A stretch of DNA of 64,000 bases from Octopus bimaculoides (lineage: Eukaryota), in the NCBI RefSeq assembly GCF_001194135.2, contig NC_068982.1, positions 128,774,906-128,838,905 of the forward strand. Reading direction: 5' to 3'. Numbering within the stretch: position 1 is the stretch's first letter; every line of letters starts with the position of its first letter. A program made the translations under genes and the position numbers. The notes beneath the pieces are model-generated. The model had not been told where the DNA came from. It did no database searches and worked only from the letters and a program-made list of their open reading frames with translations. This document shows, in pieces, positions 41,301 to 56,300 of this stretch.

Positions 41301-44300
41301 TAAGTTATAGGAACAGAGACAAACCAACATCGGTTGCTAAGCAAGAAGGCAGGGACAAACACAGGCACAAAGGTACATAAAGTTTTCATCTACCAAATTC
41401 ACTCACAAAGCACTGGTTGCCCCAGGACTATAGTAGAAGACCCTTGCCCACATAGTTTCAGTGCAAGGCAAGCTTCTAAACCACACAGCCACGCTGGTAC
41501 TTATGATCAAATTATATATGCATCAATTTCATTTAGATTAAATTATATATATTAAGTAAAGAGACCAGAGATGAAGAAAAAAAGAGAAACATAAAGTAAA
41601 CACATGGTTTTCTATTTTTGCCTCTTCTTTTTAAATATTATATCTTAATTATATAACCATTATATAAATATGCAATAATCAAAGCAAAAGGAATAATATT
41701 TACTACTAACCAGACAACATTAGGCTTAGGTTTGCCGCTTACAATAACTTCCATGCTGAAAGTTTCTAATTCATCAATTTCATAATTTTCAAGCTTTTTG
41801 ATAAACTTGGGTGTTTCTTTCTTTTCTGAAATGTCCAAAAGAAAAGAATCTATTGAAAAAAAGTCTTACCTAGTCTATAAAAAAGTAAAGAATTATCAAA
41901 TATCGCTTTGAAAAATAAATTTCTAGGCAACTTGTATCATCAGCCTTATCATCATCATCATTATTATCATCATAAACATTGTCAATATCATTGCTATCAC
42001 AACCATCATTGTTATCATCGTTATCTTTGTTTTAATGTCCATAGTTTTGCTTGAGTCAGAATTAATTTACTGAAGTAGACTCTCTACAGCTGGGTGCTCT
42101 TCCTGTCACCAACCCTCACTTGTTTCCAAGCAAGGTAATATTTCTTTATGACAAGACATGTTTCCATGGAAGATTGGAAATGAATGATCCATTTGTATGA
42201 TGGTGACACTCATTCACAACTATCATGTGATGTCAAGATAAGGAGATACAAACACACATGCACAGAGTTTCTATCTACCAAATCCATTCACAAGGCTTTG
42301 GTTGACCTGAAGTGATAACAAAACGCTCTTGCTTGTGGTGCTACACATTGAAATGGAACACAAAGCAACATGATTAAGAACTGAACTTCCTAATCATGCA
42401 CAGTCGTACCTGCACCTATACAGCTATACTTGTATGTCAGAATTAAGTTTATCTGCCATTAATTCATAAATATCAAAAACAAAATATAGAGGTTTTATTT
42501 TGTTTCACTTTTGCATAGAACTAGATTTAGTTACCTTCTACAATAAATTCTCCTTCAGTTTCTGCTTCACCAGCAATATTTTTGGCAACAGCTTTAATAA
42601 TGCCTGCATCTTCAAGTTCAACTGCATCAATCCTTAGTGTATGCTGAATGTCTGAGAAAGCTTTTTTAGTTTCAAGTTTGAACCTTTCATTAGATTCAAT
42701 AAGCTTTTGATTTATATACCAGGTAACCTCAGGCAAAGGTATACCTTTAACACCAACATCGACGGAAAATGGCCGCCCTTCCCTGCAGTCTTTCTTTGTG
42801 AGTTTCCTTGTAAAAACTGGTGCCTCTGTTTTTTCTAGAAGAAATAAAAAAGACAACAATTAACATTATTAAAGGAATTCTTATGAAAATATGAAGTTCA
42901 AAAACAAACATGATTTGCAAGCATTATAATATACTATGGTAAAATATTTTGATTAAATTTCTTATAATTTGACTTATTACTCAAAAAATAATTACCTTCA
43001 ACAGTAACTGTGCATGTACATTCTGCAGTTCCAACAGCATTTGTGGCAACACATTTATATGTTCCACTTTGATCTTTCTTTGTTTTGGGAAGTTTTATAA
43101 TGCAAGTAGTGCCATCTTGAGATATTTTGATGTCAGCAGTTGATGTAATTGGTTTATCATCCCTAAATAACAAATTTAAATATGGTTAGTATTTATAATG
43201 AAGCCATTTATGTGTTCAGTTACACTCATCAAAATTCTTTAACTCTAGTCCATGGAAAGGCTGGTGTTTCTTTCTCTTATATCATTACTATCACTGTAAT
43301 CTGTTGCTTCTAAAATCTATTCTTTGAGTATTTCTTCTAATAAGATGGTAAATTTTCCATCAAATTGAGATTCTAAAGATAGAAGGCTCACTTATTAAGT
43401 AGGCCTAGTGAATACATATAACTTTTATAATGTATTTTAAAAAGATAGTTCCTATTTTTAAAATAATAAAAAAAATAGTAGCTATTTATGAAATACTTAC
43501 TTAAACCATTTGATTGTGGGTTTCGGATCACCAGTTACTTTACATTTTATTTCAAAAGGTTGATCTTCCATAATTTTCTAAAATGAAATGACAGTATATA
43601 TATGTAAAAACTCTTCAAATTTAAACATTATAAAGAATATCTAAATCCCAAAGCAATAAATAACAGTGGAGTTTAAAAAATGAAAAATGGCTTACAATTA
43701 ATGTAAATGACATTTTATCTTCTGATGTAGTACAAAAATGAAATATATAATAATTCCTTGGGTATACATTACAATTATAGATTTCAAAGTTTTAGGTATT
43801 TTTGTGTCAGGTACACTTTGATATTATTGTATTCTATGTATTTCTATATTCTCATATACTAGGAATATATTTATTGCCTGTTGTGATATACATGTAGAAA
43901 TACTGTTTTATTTGTTCATTATATAATAAAAGAACTTTGAATTGTGAAAAGATGAGATGGGACTGCAGCTATCATAGGATAATAGCAACCTCACTACTAT
44001 TTAATACTATATTTGTGTGCACCATTGCAGCAGAGCCTGTTGTTTACAACTTGGGTTTAGCTACAACAAAATCTCATCCACACCAAAATTACACCCCTTT
44101 GATTTATTATTTCACAAATCGGACATCAATTGTGAAATCGAACTTTCTAAACAAATCAAAGATCAATTGTGCAATTGAACTTTCTGAACAAACTTGATTA
44201 TCTAAGAATGTAATATGTTCCAGTTGTATTTATTTATAATTTAATTAAGAATATGTATGTGATTTAATCAATTTTCACAGACTACATTTACTACTATTAA

Positions 44301-47300
44301 TATTTAATGATATCAGCTTCAATATCGAAATCAAATGGAAATTGTAGCTGTGAACCCCGTGCCAGTGGCATGTAAAAAGCACCATCCAAACGTGGCCAAT
44401 ACCAGTTCCTCTGGCCCCTGTGTCTGTGGCACATAAAAAGCACCCACTACACTCTCGGAGTGGTTGGCATTAGGAAGGGCATCCAGCTGTAGAAACACTG
44501 CCAGATCAGATTGGGGCCTGGTGCAGCCTCCTGGCTTTCCAGACCCCAGTCAAACCATCCAACCCATGCCAGCATGGAAAATTGACGTTAAACAATGATG
44601 CTGATGCTGATAATGATGATGTAAAAGCTTAATAACCATTCTAATAATAAAGTTGCTTGATTTTTCATAGTATTAATGTTTGAAGCCTTTTAATTTTACT
44701 ATTCCTCATTGTCACTAAAGAACAGAGCTAAATTTATTCAAATCGGTTGCCACTTGTATAAAAAATACAAATTTCAGAAATAATGTAATATCAAATATTG
44801 ATACTCATGAAGCAATTATAATGAATGGATGTTTTTTCACTTACTTTCAAAATCTACATAGCAATGATATTCTCATTGCTCATGTAGTAAATGAAATTAA
44901 AGTGAAATTTATTAATCTATAACTGAATGCTTCCTTTATATTCTGATGTGTTATTTCATATAATATGATAGGATGATTAAGAGAAAAAGATTTCCAAAAC
45001 AAACAAAAATATATCTTACAGTAGATTCTGTGACATCTTCAAACTTAGGTGGAATTTTAGCTTTTTCAACTGGTTCCTTCTTCTCATCTTTTGGTTTTTC
45101 TAAAATAATGATATGATACAGATATTATTATCATTATTAAATGATAATAAAGTTTCACGATTTGTCATAGTTTGAATCACTTTAATTCTAATGCATATTT
45201 TTAAATCTCAGAATTAAGTTTTAAGCAAATTTTCACTTACATTTGAAATATGAAAAACCAAATTGAATTTACTTTTATCATACAACACATGAATCTATAA
45301 CTTATTAAACAACAATATATTCTATAGGATTTAAAAAGAGAAATTAAACTAGTAGATGTTATGGGGAAACATAATTGTCATCATTGTCATAACCATTGCA
45401 AAAAATTAAAAATAATAAACTTTTGAGAGTTAATGTTTGTTCTCCATCTTTTATATAATTGGTATATTACTAATTTTTATTATTCTTATTTACTCTACTA
45501 ATCAAAATGATAAATGTATGCTAAGGATATCCCAAATACTGTTTATCAACTTACTACTAATTTATTATCTCAGTCTTTTGTTAATTTATTTATTTATTTT
45601 ACTGAAGGTTAGTGTTATTTTACAATTAAAGGCAAGTTTCTACAATAACTTTGAAATTATTGGATTCATCCCTAATTTACATCAAAGAATTCTTTATACC
45701 TGTCTTTCAACTTGTTATTTGTTATCTTTCACTAACCAAAACATTCAATGCACTGCTATGATTCAGCACATTTTTTTCGCAGTTTTTTTTCTATTCATTC
45801 ATTTCCATCAACTTTTAATATGAGGAGTGAAAGGTTAATAATCACAATGGTTATGATTTCAATAATTCTACTCTAGATCATGAAGTAAATAACTATAAAA
45901 CTTAGATAAATAGGAAGAGAAGAAAAATGTTTTGTCAAAGATAGATTTGTATATCATGGGTATTGTTCTCATCTCCCTATGATATAGACAGTTATCTGAA
46001 TTTCCCCCTAAAAAGATAACCATTAATTTCCTTGGACTGAGGTGTTTATTTTTATTTAAAGAACACTATTCATGCTCAAAACTCCTCAGGCATATGAATT
46101 TCTAGGAATCTGAAAACTAAAAGCTTATTGTCTTTGTTAAATAGACAACTGAATAAAATACCAATAAAGTTGTTATTGTTTTTTAAACGCAACTTTAATT
46201 TTGGAAATAATATAACATCATCCCTTTAGTAATAATCCTACACTACATGTACTATGCATAAGATCTCTAAAGTTATTATGCAATGTAAGTATGTTCTAGA
46301 CTTTGATAGTATTGGTAATTTTGAATCTTTGTTTACTCAAATATCGTCATAGAACACATTTCTAAACCATTTAAAATGCAAAAAGTGATTCTGAAAGGGA
46401 ACAGATCATTATTAACAACAATTTTGACAAGATTAAGATTTGAGGGATTTCTACTGACCTTCAAGTGAAACGGTGGCTTCACATTCTGCAGAACCAGCAG
46501 GATTTGTGGCAACACATTTGTAAACACCAACTTCATTCTTGGAGAATTTGCTGGTTTTTAGTACACATACAGGGCCATCTTGTGTGAGCTTGGTAAGTGA
46601 TGTTGGTTTAATTTCTTTGTTGTCTTTAAACCACTTAATAGTAGGTTTTGGTTCACCAGTTACCTTGCATTTCAGTTCCAAAACGTCATTAGGTTTAAGG
46701 GATACTGATTGGAAGATCTCTTCAAATTCTGGTTTCTTTTGCTCTGGCTTCTTTTCTTTTGGTTTTTCTTCCTCAAGTGTTATAGTAGCTTCACACTCAG
46801 CAGATCCAGCAGGGTTTGTAGCAACACATTTGTAAACACCAACATCATTCTTTGTGCATTTACTGGTTTTTAATATGCACACTTGGCCGTCTTGAGTAAG
46901 TTTGGTAATAGATGTTGGCTTAATTTCTTTGTTATCTTTAAACCACTTGATGGTAGGTTTCGGTTCACCAGTTACCTTACATTTCAATTCCAAAATGTCG
47001 TTCACCTTGATGGTTGTTGAACTGAAGATCTCTTCAAATACAGGTTTCTTCTGCTCTGGTTTCTTTTCTTCTGGTTTCTTTTCCTCTGGTTTCTTTTCTG
47101 CTGGTTTTTCTTCTTCAAGTGAAACAGGAGCTTCACATTCAGCAGATCCAGCAGGGTTTGTTGCAACACATTTGTAAAGACCAATATCTGTCTTTGAAAT
47201 CTTTGGTATTTTCAGAGTGCACTGTTGCCCATCTTGAGTTATAACACTCTTAGATGTGTTTCTTATTTCTTTGCCATCCCTGATTATGAAACAAATAAAA

Positions 47301-50300
47301 ATTAGATTAATAAAAATTTATCAGTACAAACTTATCATAGGACTAATAAGCTCATAAAAAGCAGCAAGCAAGTGCTATAAGAAAGCACTGTGTATACTGT
47401 TGAGTGGTTGGCATTAGGAAACGCATCCAGCCATAGAAACCAAGCCAAAACAGACATTGGAGCATGATGCAGTCCTCCAACCTGTCAGATCCTGTCAAAC
47501 CATCCATCCAATGTCAGCAACAGACATTAAGTGATGATGATGATGGTGGCAGTGGTGAGTAAATAGGTGTTAAAAGGGTTACATATACTTACTTGAACCA
47601 TTTCACAGTAGGCTTAGGTTCACCAGTAACTTTGCTTTCCAACACTAACTCTTCATTAACCTTCAGCACCTGAATCGTTAAAAGAAATTATTGATATTTA
47701 TAAATTATTTTGAAGAAATTGTTAGAATGCTTTCTTCTAATTAACTACTAGACTAATTGATAGTAGACATAATCACTAATTTGTGACAGAAAAGATCAAT
47801 GGTGCCATTGATGTAATTGTTGTTCTTTTCTGCTTTAAGTTGCTGCTCCTAATGTCTAATATAATTTGTACTGAAACGTTTCAGCAGGTAATTAATAGGT
47901 TCAAGTTGGAAGATATATATTCTAAAAAAAGTGGATAACAACAGATATTTTAAGACATAATTATACTACAATTATTTTAATTGATATATATATTGACAGA
48001 AACTATTAATTGAAATATATGTTAACATTTTAACTTAGTGTTAAAATTGCCAATATAATGGATACTTACGGAAGGTTGAATGACTTCTTCGAATTCTGGT
48101 TTTACTTCTGTTAAGATTGAAAATAGAAGTTTAATTACATATTATTATTCCATTTTTTCATAATTTAACTTAAGCAAATCTAAAAGCTAATTGAATTTAA
48201 CATATAAAATTTAAATAGTAGATTACATTCAAGCTTATAAACCTTCTTTAAACCAGGAAACACTTTATAACTCTGGATATGTAAAATGTAATAAAGAAAC
48301 ATCATTTTTGTGTACATATATAATTGATACTAAGAACACAAATAATGTTCTTAATTATAATTTTATTTGAATTTTTTGAAACATTTATTCTACTCTCTTT
48401 GAGCCAAAAATTTTCTATCTTGTGCAACATATTTAAGATGGAATCTATGTAATATGCAAGATAAATCATGATATGACATATTCAATTAAAACCATATAAT
48501 TATAGTACATGTTACTGTATTGTTTAACTCCAGGTCAGCCCCAATTAATCAGGCCTATGATTAAAGACAATCCAGCATCAAGAAATTTTTTGTTGGGGGT
48601 AGGCAGTAGACTACATTATTCAATGTAATTTTCTTTAAGACAGTAGGATTTAAATTGAGGGATATTTGGCTGCTATTCCCAGCAAGATGAGCAATCACAC
48701 GAAGTTCCCTTATTGGCTTGCAATGTACTACTATTTTTTATAAATAGTATGGAATATGTGAAATATAATAATATTAATATAATACCAATATGATACTACA
48801 GACCTGCATTTCTAGAATATGGCCACATATACTCTCAAGCCTTATTCTGTAGTATATAATTGAAAATAAAACTTCAAATAAAATACAGCAAGATGTAATC
48901 ATTACAGTATATTGTAACTTACCATAGATATTAACAGGTGCTTCACATTCTGCTGAACCAGCGGAATTAGTTGCAACACATTTGTATACACCACTATCAG
49001 GTTTTGCAAATTTTAGTATTTTCAAAATGCAAACATCTTCCTCTGTTGAGATTTTATATTTGGAAGAAGTCTTTATTTCTTTGCCATCCCTATAAATAAA
49101 AATAAAGCCATTATATGAAAATATGTTATATTTCTTGTAGATTATGTTTGTATCATATATTAATTAAATCTGCATTTTTTATCACTAGGAAGCTGAAAAC
49201 TTCAATGGTAAAATAATTTATCATTCTTCCTTATACTCGTAAATTTTGTTTCATGCATTACAACTGATAAAGGTATATTAAATAAATAAACATGTGATTT
49301 TATACATATCTTATATAAATGATGTACCTTTTGTTTTACAACCGTTGTTCAAAACTAATAACCATTTCTAACAATTTTGATTTAAAGATTTGTTTTTTCA
49401 TAGACTAGTCAGGGAAAGAACGTTAACGACTATGACTTTTACAAGCCTTCCATGGCTGGTCACATTTATGTGGTTGATTTATCTCTTCAGTAAAATTATT
49501 GCTGGGATAATAATTTTAGAGAGCTGAGATTCTGGGCATGATGCAGAGGACAAAGTGTTTTGTATAAGTCCTAGAAAGTGATATACATTAAGGCTGATAA
49601 GAAGAATAATGAGAAGGTGGAGAGGCTATGCAGATAGCTTGTTTAGAAGAATGTATAGGATGTTTGTGTGCAGTAGCCTCACAGTCTCATGCATATGAGC
49701 AATACTCTGCTGTAGGTCTTAGTTGAGCCTTGAAGAGTATGAGTGATTAATCAGGGCTGAAACATTTTCTGACCCTAAAAAAGAAACTGATTCTTTATGA
49801 CACAATTCTGGCAAAGCTTATATGTGGGTTTACTATGAATGATGATCAGGGACTGTGAAGCTTAGCACTTGAAACAACTTTGTAAATTTTGTAAAAGATT
49901 GTTCATAATTAATAAGAGTGAAAAATAAACTTGTTTCCTGTTATGCATGACAGAGATGAATATAGTTACACCTTTCTATAGCCCTTATACATTTGGGACT
50001 CTTATATTGAATTATCTTACTCCTGTTTTTGTACTTATTAAAGCATGTAAAAACTATAAACGTTGTTGACTTACTTGAACCATTTCACTGTAGGTTTGGG
50101 TTCACCAGTTACTTTACATCTCATTTCTACCTCTTCATCAGCTTTCTTTGTCTAAATTTCAAGCAAATATAAATTCCATGTATTATAAAATTCATAATAT
50201 TAGTAGAATACAACAAATGTTAAAAAAATTACTGAAATAATGTATTCCTTAAAGAAATTTAAATATAAATGCAAATAAGAATTATTTCAGTGAAACTCTT

Positions 50301-53300
50301 GTTAAGTTTTTAATGGTGATATAAATCATTTTTAGCATGCACTAAATATATAAATATATGTCATTAATGATAATTATCAAAGGAATTTCACTTACCACTG
50401 GCTGCAATACTTCTTCAAATTCTGGCTTGCGTTCTGCAAATAATATTATTTAAATAAATAGATTGAATGGATTGTCATTGCTGAAACACTTCTTTAAGAT
50501 TAGTATCTCAATATTTCATCACCATATATGCTCTGAAAATGCATCTATACTACCTACCAATCAATAGCTTTGAAATTGAGGCATATAAGATTTCAAAGTG
50601 GGCTCATGTTTAATTGCCATGCAATTAATCTAAGTAATAATAATCTTTAAAATTTCTTCAAATAAAATTATGTTTAATTGGTTTTAAATTTGGGTTTTAA
50701 ATTTTGGTACAAGGCCATATATTTAATTAAATATCAACAAATATATTAATTACAAAATTCATTATAAAATTAATCAAATATTAACAAATATATTAATTAT
50801 AAAATGAACTAACCATAGAGAACAACAGATGCCTCACACTCAGCAGTGCCAGCTGAGTTTGTAGCAACACATTTGTATATTCCAGCCTCTGCTTTGGTAA
50901 ACTTAGGTACTTTCATGTGGCATACTTTATCATCCATGGTAATTTTATTCTTGGAAGTATTCTTAATTTCTTTGTTATCTCTGGAAAAAATTATTAAAAA
51001 TTAGAAGTTAGTAATTATTAATTTTTATTGAATAATCGAAATATATATTTCTTACTTGTAAGAAGCATTCCTGTAAATAAAGCAACTGCATTTGCTCCTA
51101 ATCTTGCTTGCAGATTTACTCTGCACACATACAACTAAACTCTTGAATAAATTTCCTGAATACTTGTTCTCCTATGTCTCGATTGAGTGTTGTCTTATTT
51201 TTGAGAACTTTGGTGAAAACAATGTGCTTTACCTTGACATTAGTAAGACATTTTACTATATCTTCCATGAAAATCTCCAAGTCAAGTTACTAGCCTACAT
51301 GCTCCATCAAACTATCATCTCTTGAATCAAATGTTTTCTGTTAGACTCCATTACAGCAGTCAACTCTATAATTATGGTATACTTCAAGACTCTGTTATGT
51401 CTTCAAATCTCTTCTTTTTATACATTAATAAACAATTCCCTGCTACGTGTAGAAACATACACACATTTACATACAAGATGGTACTGAGCCCCTCACTCTT
51501 CCTTAAGCTTTAGTACATTGGTACTATCAACATCAACCCTAGAACCTTACATTAAACTGCCACTTCATTCATAAGCAGCAACTTTGAAATCAACTTGCAA
51601 TGGAAATATGATGACAGTCTGTATCAACAGCAAGTAAGCATAAATACTACATGTATGAAGGAAAGAAACATGCAGAACACTCTCCTTGTACGTAAATACT
51701 ACACAGCTAAACAAATGTTCAGCTGACCCATGAGAGAGCATCTACATGCCCACTCTGTCTGCTAGAAATTGTAGCTAATTTTTCTATTACTCTTGCACTA
51801 ACATCATTTAAAAAGACAACATTGCTGGGCTGATGCTGCAATGACTTACTCACCTACATGCTGCTTCTTTTATCTAGGCTTTTACTGCTGCTACAAAAAT
51901 TTCTGCTCCTATAATGTTTCAAGATGTAGCACATTCACACAAGTCCTCACTCAAAGAATTTTCCCATCTGTTCCTAAATATATCCTATGTCTCATTACAA
52001 TTATATTTTTGTTACTTTAGAGAACAATGGAATGTTTGCACATAACTTCAATCCCCAGTTAAGGCTTTCAAATAAATAACTATAGAATTATCTAAATTAT
52101 TTATGTTTCAGATACTCTGAATCACATTGTGCTTTATACACATGTGTCTTATTTACTATTACACCTTGGAATGTTATGAATCTAAATGCTGCATAGACCA
52201 ACTAAATAATAATTCAAAAAAATAAATGCATACATATCTATCATTTATACATACGTTCATACATATATTGATAAAAAGTGTATATACTTACTTAAACCAT
52301 TTAACAGTTGGTTTGGGTTCACCAATTACTGTGCACTTAAGCTCCAATGGTTCATCAGCCTTCAGAGTCTGAAAAATTTAGATATGAATGTATTACTTTA
52401 TATTTACACATATTTAAATAGGTTAACATTGACAAAGAATGGTGCCCTTTTAATAAAGTTCTGTGTGAACAAAATTATTTGCACCAAGGTAGAAATGGTC
52501 TCTTATTATTCTTACTATCAGTTACAAATCATTTATTAATATGTACCCAAAGTGTAATAGTAACAAGATATTAAACTGACAGAAAAAAATCTGTAACCTA
52601 CCACAGGTTGAAGAATTTCTTCAAATTCTGGCTTTTGCTCTAGAAAAATTAAAAAATTAAATACATTAATTACACACATTTACATAATCTGGCATGCTTT
52701 AAATCCACAGGATAATATTCAATCCAGAATAATCTAAAACTTAGAAACACTGTATTCTGTAGTTCTGTTATCCTTTTACATTACTAACAAATATCTCCCC
52801 ATTATATACATGGCAAAATTTCAAGAGATATCAGAAAAAACATATACCTAAAAAAACCATAAAGATTTATTTTAATGTAACTATTACATAAATCACATAT
52901 ACACACATGCCCATGTGAATTAACTGCTAAAACATTATGTAAATTTCAAAATTTCCCTAAAGATATCTAACTATATTTTTATACAGAAACATTCCTCCCC
53001 CAACCTTTTTTTTTTTTAAGAGGAAGAATCATATATCTTACATATGTTCATATGGTAAGAGGAGATCTATATTTTACATGTTATATATATAAAATTCTTT
53101 CCACTTTTTAAAAAATTGTATGACATATATATCTTAATAATAGAGTGGATAGATGGATTTTCGAAATTTTAATTTTTGGAGACAAACTTCTCAAGTGTTT
53201 TCAAAGGTCCATCCATCTAAAAGACTCATGTAAAAGAATTTAGCAAGACATATAGAAATTCTTTTGGTGTTTTTCCTTTATTTTATGTTTTCTCAGCCCT

Positions 53301-56300
53301 GAGGCTAATAATTCTTTAATCTTACCATTTAAAAAGAACATTGTAATTCAAGAAAACATCTTTGTTTACAATATATACTAACCAAATAGATTGATTGTAG
53401 CTTCACATTCTGCTGAGCCAGCTGAATTAGTAGCAACACATTTGTATATACCAGCTTCTGGTTTTGTAAATGTAGGTATTTTCAAGGTGCAAACATTTTC
53501 TTGGCGAGTAATTGGAGATTTGGAAGTGTTTTTAATCTCCTTATCATTTCTGTAATATAAGAAAAAAAAATCACAAGATATATTAAAATGAAATAAATAA
53601 AATTTTACAAAATTAATTATATGAAACCCCACATTCATTTATCTTGCTCACATTTAAAGAATCTTTACATCTGGAATACCAATGCATTATTGATATTTAT
53701 TTAAATTTACATTATTACATGGTAATGAATTTTAGCTTATATATGAGAAATATTCTTTTGACAATGTTAACTCCAGTTGTTACTGGTAAAGAGTAGTTAT
53801 TAACTATTATGGTAAAACTTTAGCTATGCAGCCCATAGTATACTAGCAAACTTGGTTCTTCTTTCTGTTTTTTTTTATGCTATTTGATATTCGACTGACT
53901 GAAACAGATATAATTTCAAGAACATATAGGGAGAACTGTTCAATTCTACTAGTTCTATTTATATAAAAAGGTAATAAATCAAGCAGAAAAGCCTTAAGTT
54001 TGTAACAAAGGAAATATCAGATGTTGTAATCACTGTATGGTTTATATAACAGTACAATTTCTTTTAAGAAGGAACAGTGTAATGGCATTTGCAGGCCCTA
54101 TGAAACTGGTGAGATTGATATGGTTAACTTTCTTTATCTTTCATCTTTAGCTTGTTTCAGTCATTAGACTGCAGCCATGCTGGAGCACTGCCCTGAAGAA
54201 TGTTTAGTCAAAGATATGAAACCCAGTACTTATTTTTATTTTCTGAGTGTGGTACTTATTTTATTAGTCTCCTTTTGCTAAACTGCTAAGTTATGGTGAC
54301 ATAAACACACCAGCATCAGCTGTTATGTGGTGCAGGGACAAACACAGACACAAAGATACACACACACATATACACAGTGGGCTTCTTTAAGTTTCCATCT
54401 ACTAAATTGACTCACAAGGCTTTGGTTGGCCCAAGACTATAGCAGAAGACACTTGCCCAAGTTGCCATGCAGTGAGATTGAACCTAGAACTACGTGGCTG
54501 GAAGAAAGCTTCTTACCACACAGCCATGCCTGCACCTACTGAAAGAAAAACATGTTCAGGGATTTCAATCTAGATAAGAATGTCTGACTTACTTAAACCA
54601 TTTAATTGTTGGTTTAGGTTCACCAGTGACTTCACATGTCAGTTCTACAACTTCATTTGTCTTCACAGTCTAAAATGTAAAATATTAAGACAATTTAAAT
54701 ATAATTCAAATAAATAATAAATTTTATCATATTAAGAATAATTTGAATAAATATAGACAAAATATTCTACTTACAGCTGGTTCAAGGACTTTAACAAATT
54801 CTGGAGCTTGTTCTAAGAATTCAATTAAAAGAGTATCATATTAGGTTTTTAAATATACATATGCATCAATCTGAATTAAACTTTATAAATAAATATGAAT
54901 TTTATGTAATTTTTTAGAATATTACTTTCTTGACTGGAATATTATTTTACCTGAATATCATTAATATGAATGATACACTTATGAATATACTTATAATACA
55001 CTTTACTGTCATGTATAGAGCAATTATGCCAAAGCAAAAATGTATACAAGATAGTCGTAATTCAAAATGCAATTTTTAAAATGAACATGTTTTGTTTCTA
55101 TTTTAGAAAATAGAATTAACCATTAGACTTTTTTTTAAAAACCCACTTTTTTACCGAAAAAAAAGACCCAAGATTTTACATACCAAATAAGGTAACTGAA
55201 GCTTCACAACTTGTTGTTCCTGCAGGATTAGTTGCAACACATTTATAAAGGCCTGCTTCTGCTTTAGTAAATTTAGCCATTTTCAAAGTGCATACATCTC
55301 CCTCTTGTGACATCTTATATTTAATAGTTGGCTTAATTTCAACATTGTCTCTGTAATGAAATATAAAGAGATATTTCTTTTAATATTTATCTCAATCTTA
55401 TGGTGAGCTCTAAATGCAAAAAAAATTACAAAATATGAAATTAAATTTCATCCAGTTTTCTGAGAATACAAGTAGACATTTTACTTCAACATAAGATAAA
55501 ATTTAAAGAATCTAAAATAACAAAAGCACAAAAATCACAATTTTCCTCTATTATGTTCTAATATTGTCATGTATTGCAAAATCATTTTCTTGCAAACACA
55601 AATATTTTATATATAGTTCAGCCTCTTAAAATCCATTTAATCCTTTCTTTTTAATAAGTGATCCAAATTTAAAGAAAGTAAGAAGATTATTACTAACTGA
55701 AAAATATAAGCAGATTACATAACTGAACAGAATTGCTTTTGTTGTGTTTCTGAGCAGAGCAATTTATTCAGTTCATCTGGAAATGCTATCAGTGATAGGT
55801 TAGCATCCTATCCAAGGAGTAATGTCCTAACTTAAATTGGATGGTCATCTTCATTGGGATCAAATCATGATGCTTAACCAAACCAACATATCACAAATAT
55901 TGTCCTGAAACTATATAAGGGTGCTGGAACAATAGCTTGTTCCTTGCATTTGACTGGCCACTTTCATGGCAGAGATTTGTTTTAAATAGCTGACTGAGCT
56001 ATTCAATATCAACATTCCTTAAAAAGTTAAATATAAGATATGTGCACCATAGATATTAACCAGAATTTTTTTAAATGTTGTATATTATTTGCAATCAATT
56101 TCTCAATAGAGATAATAGTAAAGTGTTTCTAGCATTAAACTTTTTTTAAATATCTTAATGTAATGGAATTTTAAATAAATATATCCTAATAATTACCATT
56201 ATGCACATAAATATTTTAAGAAACAAAAAACTTACTTGAACCATTTGATGGTCGGTTTGGGTTCACCAGTAACTTTGCACACCAAATTCAAACTTTCTTC

